The translations under genes were made by a program, and so were the position numbers. A stretch of 57,258 nt of DNA, the filler included, from Platydemus manokwari (lineage: Eukaryota), in NCBI GenBank assembly GCA_037951405.1. It is 5 parts of 5 records of this genome, joined end to end, with 100 filler letters (N's around TTAATTAATTAA, not from the genome) between each part and the next. Parts side by side here need not be neighbours in the genome. Positions count along the whole stretch, not along the records: positions 44,534 to 57,258 come from JBBMOY010000016.1; 4 more parts are not named here. One strand, 5' to 3'. Below are positions 52,100 to 57,258 of the stretch, one piece after another. Position 1 is the stretch's first letter. The number at the start of each line of letters is the position of its first letter. The notes below the pieces were generated by a model. It was not told the origin of the DNA. It saw nothing but the letters and a program-made list of their open reading frames with translations, and did not search any database.

Positions 52100-53500
52100 T
52101 TTGTTTTAAATTAATAAATTCAGTTTAAATTCGAAACCTCACAAACCCTATGGTTATTTCATTTCGTTTAAATTTGCTCAATACGTAATCTCCAAATTGA
52201 TATTCGTTGTTAAATGTCATCCATACTCCATCATTTTTTTTTAAAATTGATACTACATGTCTAATGTATGTTCTTTTGGCCTACTGTATCATCTCACTAT
52301 ATATTTATTTGGGGGTCTTTTATGTTGTAAACTTGCCCATTCTGTAAACCACTGCACTGGCGTATTCCGGTTTATTCGAAATAAAAGAGTTCCTTCTTTC
52401 CTTGTTTTTTTTCTTATAGTTACTTCCAAATTGAACAGTAAATTTCTTTGTATTTTCTCTGGTAATCTTGTGCGATCTTTAAATTAGTTCTCATTACACA
52501 TTCTTCTTGTTCTAAGTTTCTAAGTTCTCATTATTGCTGTCACCTTATTTTCTCCTTTCTTTTTAATCATATAGTATTTTAATGATTCTCCGTTTAAAAA
52601 TACTCCTTCAGTCATTATTTATAATGATACTCCATATTACTCCACATTAGATACTTCTCCCATCTTTGTTTCTTCTATTCTAAAAAGTCATATCTTATTT
52701 ATGTCGATTCTTGATGTTTCTGCTGAAGCATTCTTATTTATTATTAAATATTCTTTAATTTCCCTTTTATTTTGGCCTATCATTTATTTCTATTTTGTCT
52801 TCTGTCTTTCTTCTCTTTCTCCATTCTTTCCTTTTTAAAAAAGATTTCCATCTTCTCGTTTTATCACTATTGTTTATCTTCATTCGGATATTTTCTGATT
52901 CCATATTTGTTTCTTTGTCGGTATCTGGTATATTTGCTACTAAATTCTTCATGATTACTCGTAAATATATACCTTTTGTGAATTGTTGTCAAGCTTTTGT
53001 TATACCTGTGACTGGTAGATTTTTTATTAATATAGGTTCATTATTATTTTCACTATAATATTTCCCAAAATATTTCTATCCGATCATTCGTTTATTTCCT
53101 TTCAATATCTTGATTTGTCCTTGTACTGCTGTTAACCCTTTTAGCCAATCCAAGACAATAAATTTTTATAATAATTTTGTCGTCGTAGCTTTGTTCTTTT
53201 GAAATTTGTTTTCCCTCAATGTCTTGTATTATCAATTAAAATTTGCCTAATTTTCCTTCAAATTTCTTTATCATTATTTCGGGATGTATAATGTCGCTTT
53301 CTTTTTAATTGTTCAATTTCTTTTTTCAACAACTCTCTGTTTTTTCCTTCTTTATTATTATTTATTAGTTTGTCTAATTGGTATATTATAATTTTAGGAA
53401 GGTATGTTTCTCGTAATTTATTTCTTATCATATATTTTTGACCCTCAAAACAATATTTATTAACCTTGATATAAATTTATCAGCACATCTATAAGCATCC
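52100..53500 (-). mobile_element. 5' part of the old outer Gypsy-like pol (RNase H to integrase N-terminus), highly decayed
   Basis: Fragments such as VLDWLKGLTAVQGQ resemble RNase H (LxWL...GQxxRW). Same strand and composition as 46250-48190. Confidence 0.45.
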
Positions 53501-53567
53501 CTTTTAATTATTCCCTCGTTAATTAATTGTGTTTAAATTTGTGTCAACACTCTATTTGTGATTTTAG

Positions 53568-54121
53568 AAAGCAAACCAAAACTGTCTCTTGATCCAGAAA
53601 GTGGTACTTATCCTGTAGGTAAATTGTCATATGTAGGTTGTGTGATAGTTCCTTCTGATCTAAGTGATTTGTTCGATCGTCAGTCGATCAAATTGTGCTT
53701 GGCTAACGGAAATGTGTCTCATTCAGGATATTTAAGTGGTGATGATCTTGGAATTTTATGCTTTTGTTGTACACAAGAAGTATTGACCTATTACACGAAG
53801 TGTTTATATCCATTTTGTTAGCTTTTATATTTAGTTATTTCAGTAACAATGCATAATATTTAGATAGTGATGTAATGTTAAAAATCATACCAATCACGAA
53901 GATATATATTAAGAACCGACAGAACATATTTTATTGTTTTATCGAACCAAATAAGCATTTGAAAAATATAACTACTCTTCCTGTTTTACAAAATTTGAAT
54001 GATACTAGTACGGTTTCGACTTCAAATATGTTGATATTGGACGGATCAAATCGGGGTGTAATTTGTTTGCAATGTAAATATATTTCGGCCCAATCAATTA
54101 CCAAATGTTATTCTTATTATG
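53568..54121 (+). CDS. Two internal exons encoding tandem divergent Ig-like extracellular domains (partial gene)
   Basis: Exons 53568-53816 and 53864-54121 are both open and phase 1-1, separated by a 47-bp GT-AG intron. They share the pattern LxxxP....Y......CxIxP...GxxCxxC...TKC. The second has N-glycosylation sequons (NIT, NDT). Confidence 0.65.
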
Positions 54122-54449
54122 GTTGGTTTGAGCATTTTACATTTATATTTTTCTAATTATTATATTTATAATATAGAATCATTCAAAAATATAACTTAAA
54201 CGTTTAAATTAAAATATTTCGATTAATATTAATGTTTTGACTAAATTTTTTGCTTATCAAAATAGTTTAATCTAAAATTTTTTTGTAAGTATTTATGAAA
54301 TATTTATAAGGATTTTTTATAAATATTATTTTATTAAAATCGCTATATGTCTTCATTGTGCCTTGTCGAATTTGTAATTTATTATCAAGTATTACACTAT
54401 CGATAAAAATGAAATCCTTTTAATCAGAATTATTAAATTAAATCTAGCC

Positions 54450-55600
54450 CTTGGTTGAGTCGGCAGCAAAACCGCTTTTGATTTGCTTTACTGGAATCGT
54501 ATCGATTGGTAGGGTGGCGAAAAAAGGCATCTTGTAAGACTGGATCCATTGTGATTTGATTCCAGTTTCATTATTAATTCTTGTACTGTGAGTTAGAAAA
54601 ATCTTAGATTTGTTTACATATTCAAAAAAACGCGTGTAACGTCTGAAACAATAAATTTTATTGCAAACAAACGAAAAGAGAAGAGAAGCAGAAAACCTTT
54701 GCAAATCTACCTAAAAAACTCAGGGTTATTGATCCTGAAGCCGTCGTTCTTAGGTACATCAATCCAAGATGCTTTAAAGTGTTTCCAGAATACCAAAGAT
54801 TTCGTCACATTTAATCAAATATAACTGTCATTTGCATTTGATATACTGTTGGGAAATTATACCAGACAACTGAAGAAAGAATTCAGCAGTTTTAAAGAAG
54901 CTGTTTCAAGCGCGGAGATTGATATATGGTTTTTGGAAACATTCTCACATGCCAAAACAGTGTACGACAAGGTTCAGAATTTGGCAGCAATGCAAGAAAG
55001 ACTAGATGAAAATTAAAGCAGTTTGGAACTTCGCTAAAGATATTAATGACGGAATTGTTTGACAAGGAAGACACTATTGAAAAGATTTCAAGATTATTTA
55101 TTCTGCAAGATCTAAATAACAAGAAATTAAAAGAGTCTTTTGCTTTCAACCCTGCAATGTCCGACAATAGGATAAAAGAGATTGCAGTCAATTTGGAGAA
55201 CCTAATTCCGACGAAGCTGATAAACGCCATAAAGAAGATATGTACCCAGTCTGTATTTCAAAGTAACCCAAGAAAAACCTTTCATAAGGAGACTTCTTTT
55301 AAAAAGCCAACCCAAGTCGAACAAGAAAGAGATTTTAGAGAAGGAATATCTTCGTGCACCAGAATCTTCAAACAACACGAGATCAACAAAATCAACGAAG
55401 GCTATTGCGTCTAAATTTTATAATGATTATAGAGGAAATCCCACACCACGTTATTATTTAAAATCAGGAGCTTGCTTTTGCTATTGTGAGCTGGACTCAG
55501 GAAATTTGAATGACCACTGTGTATCAAATATTTAATATGCGGAAAAAAAGGGCACTTGTTCAGAGAATGTCATTTAGCCGGAAAGCCTAGTAATAATAGT
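54450..55600 (+). mobile_element. Decayed retrotransposon gag with zinc knuckle
   Basis: Frameshifted gag-like ORF (includes 55046-55414) ending in ICGKKGHLFREC at about 55535-55570. Confidence 0.6.
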
Positions 55601-55889
55601 TAGAGGAAAATATTGTGCATCCATGACGAAGAAGATAAAGTCGATTTTCAAACCGAAAGCTAGCTCACGTTCGATTAAAGAGACAAAAACTGGCATCAAC
55701 CACCTGTACCTATCTCGTCAGTGGGGTTGAATTAATAGTACGGATATCAACTAGAGATAGAATAAAAGTAAAGATAACAGACGGAACGATGAAGAGGAAG
55801 TATTCGCAGATGTATCAATAAGTAGAGTAAAATTGAGTGCAACGGTACACATAGTAAAATTATATGGGATTCTAGTGCATCGATAATAG

Positions 55890-56725
55890 TAATGAATGAG
55901 AGTAATTGGAGATGCATTGGAGAATTGCAGATTAAAATTTTTATGTTCGAAAATTTTCCAGGATTAATCGAAGGAGTTGATATGATGAAGACTTATGGAA
56001 TATTCCTTGAAATGATAGAATCAATTGATGCCATGGACATGGGGAAGAAATACAGTGACCACGACAGAATCGAAATGGCACTGAAGAGTATTGCTGATAA
56101 GAGTGATATTTCATTGAATAGGTGTATAATAAATGGCTCAATTTTCACGGCATATCGGTTAGATTTGGGACTAACATACTTGGTGAAGCATGGCTAGAAA
56201 TGCGTACAATCAACTATCAAAGATGAAATCTTGGTCAGACTTGGTGAAAGGATTAGGAAACAGTTTGATAATTGATGTCGGAATTGATGTTAGAAGGCTT
56301 TGCAAGCAGCAATTAATGCAGATAAGACAGAATAAAGAAGAAACGATAGATGAATATGCTTACTGATTAATTAGAACTGTGAGAGGTGTGGTCCAAAGAA
56401 ATAAAAGAAGAAACTACCGAACAGTTATGGTGCGGGATGAACAAAGCAATAAGAGTACCATTAACAATATCAGAATATAAACATTTTGAAGACATTAGGA
56501 ATAAAGCGATGAAAATTGAAATTGCCCTCAAGAATACGAGTACTACGTTTACCGCAGTCTCGGTTAAACCAGAAAAGAAAGCACACTTTACCAAAACGAA
56601 CATGTTGTAATTGTGATAGAAAAGAACATCGAGCAAAAGATTGCCCATCTCCAAAGAAAAATAATAAAGTTACAGAATGTTCTAATGCAGGAAAACCGAA
56701 ATGCCTAGAGCTTGTGATGAATTAA
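55890..56725 (+). mobile_element. Second decayed Gypsy-type gag with CCHC knuckle
   Basis: SWSDLVKGL...LMQIRQNKEETIDEYA (retrotransposon gag major-homology-like region) and CCNCDRKEHRAKDC. Contains stops and frameshifts. Confidence 0.8.
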
Positions 56726-57258
56726 AAAGAGGTAATATTGGTAAAATAATTAGCTAGGGAGGCTAGGAGACAAAGACAGTCAATTATGTGCCATCTCAAA
56801 GTTATAAAAAAAATTTTTATGTAGAAATTGATGAACTAAGTCTTCAATTGGCAAGACAAAATGAGAAAAAAATAAAACAAGCTACATTGACTTGATTTGA
56901 AGCGAGTGGGAAGATGATCCATCAGATGAACAAGATGATCAATCTGATGAACAAAATGAAAAATGCTATCTTTTTTGGAGTCAGATAGATAGGTTCTAAT
57001 GAGTACTGTTGGGCTCTACAGTAGGTGGTCCCAACAAAATTATGGTAATTAACAAAAAGCTAATTAACTCTTAAACATTAGAGCTTCTTTAGATTTCTAA
57101 ATCTATCGTTTAAAACCATTAAAAACCTAAATATTTGATAATCTCAACTTTATTCGAAATTAAGGATGATGATAATATAATTATTGGGTCTATAACTTAA
57201 AAACCGGAATTTTTTTAGAACAATTGAGTGTTTATTAAAGAAAATCTTGTACAATTCT

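Noticed and set aside
49984-53058. Plus-strand hydrophobic ORFs over the Gypsy region
   Set aside because: Antisense shadows of A-rich minus-strand retroelement coding sequence.

Overview
Very AT-rich eukaryotic nuclear DNA with many 39-60 bp GT-AG introns. It looks like a compact invertebrate genome; a triclad flatworm is my inference, not something shown. The window is not one continuous locus. Four artificial 100-bp linkers (N44-TTAATTAATTAA-N44) split it into five pieces: 1-14458, 14559-24006, 24107-35383, 35484-44433 and 44534-57258. Host genes reconstructed by hand from splice sites: a complete but unusually short EXO1 (minus strand, 8 exons, about 395 aa); an uncharacterised protein with three copies of a ~110-aa repeat domain (plus strand, 6 exons); the 5' part of a PDE1-type Ca/calmodulin phosphodiesterase; the 5' part of BMS1; a complete PEX13 (5 exons, about 301 aa); and two intact exons encoding divergent Ig-like domains. 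Most of the rest is decayed mobile DNA. This includes a Merlin (IS1595-like) element with intact TIRs and an 8-bp TSD, an RLE-type non-LTR retrotransposon, hAT and mariner remnants, solo-LTR-like units, and a Ty3/Gypsy element nested inside an older Gypsy that carries an env-like extension. I found no rRNA, tRNA gene or CRISPR array, and no clearly new biological system. The best leads are the three-repeat protein, the membrane-protein ORFs linked to retroelements, the Ig-like exons and an inverted repeat carrying RFX X-boxes.
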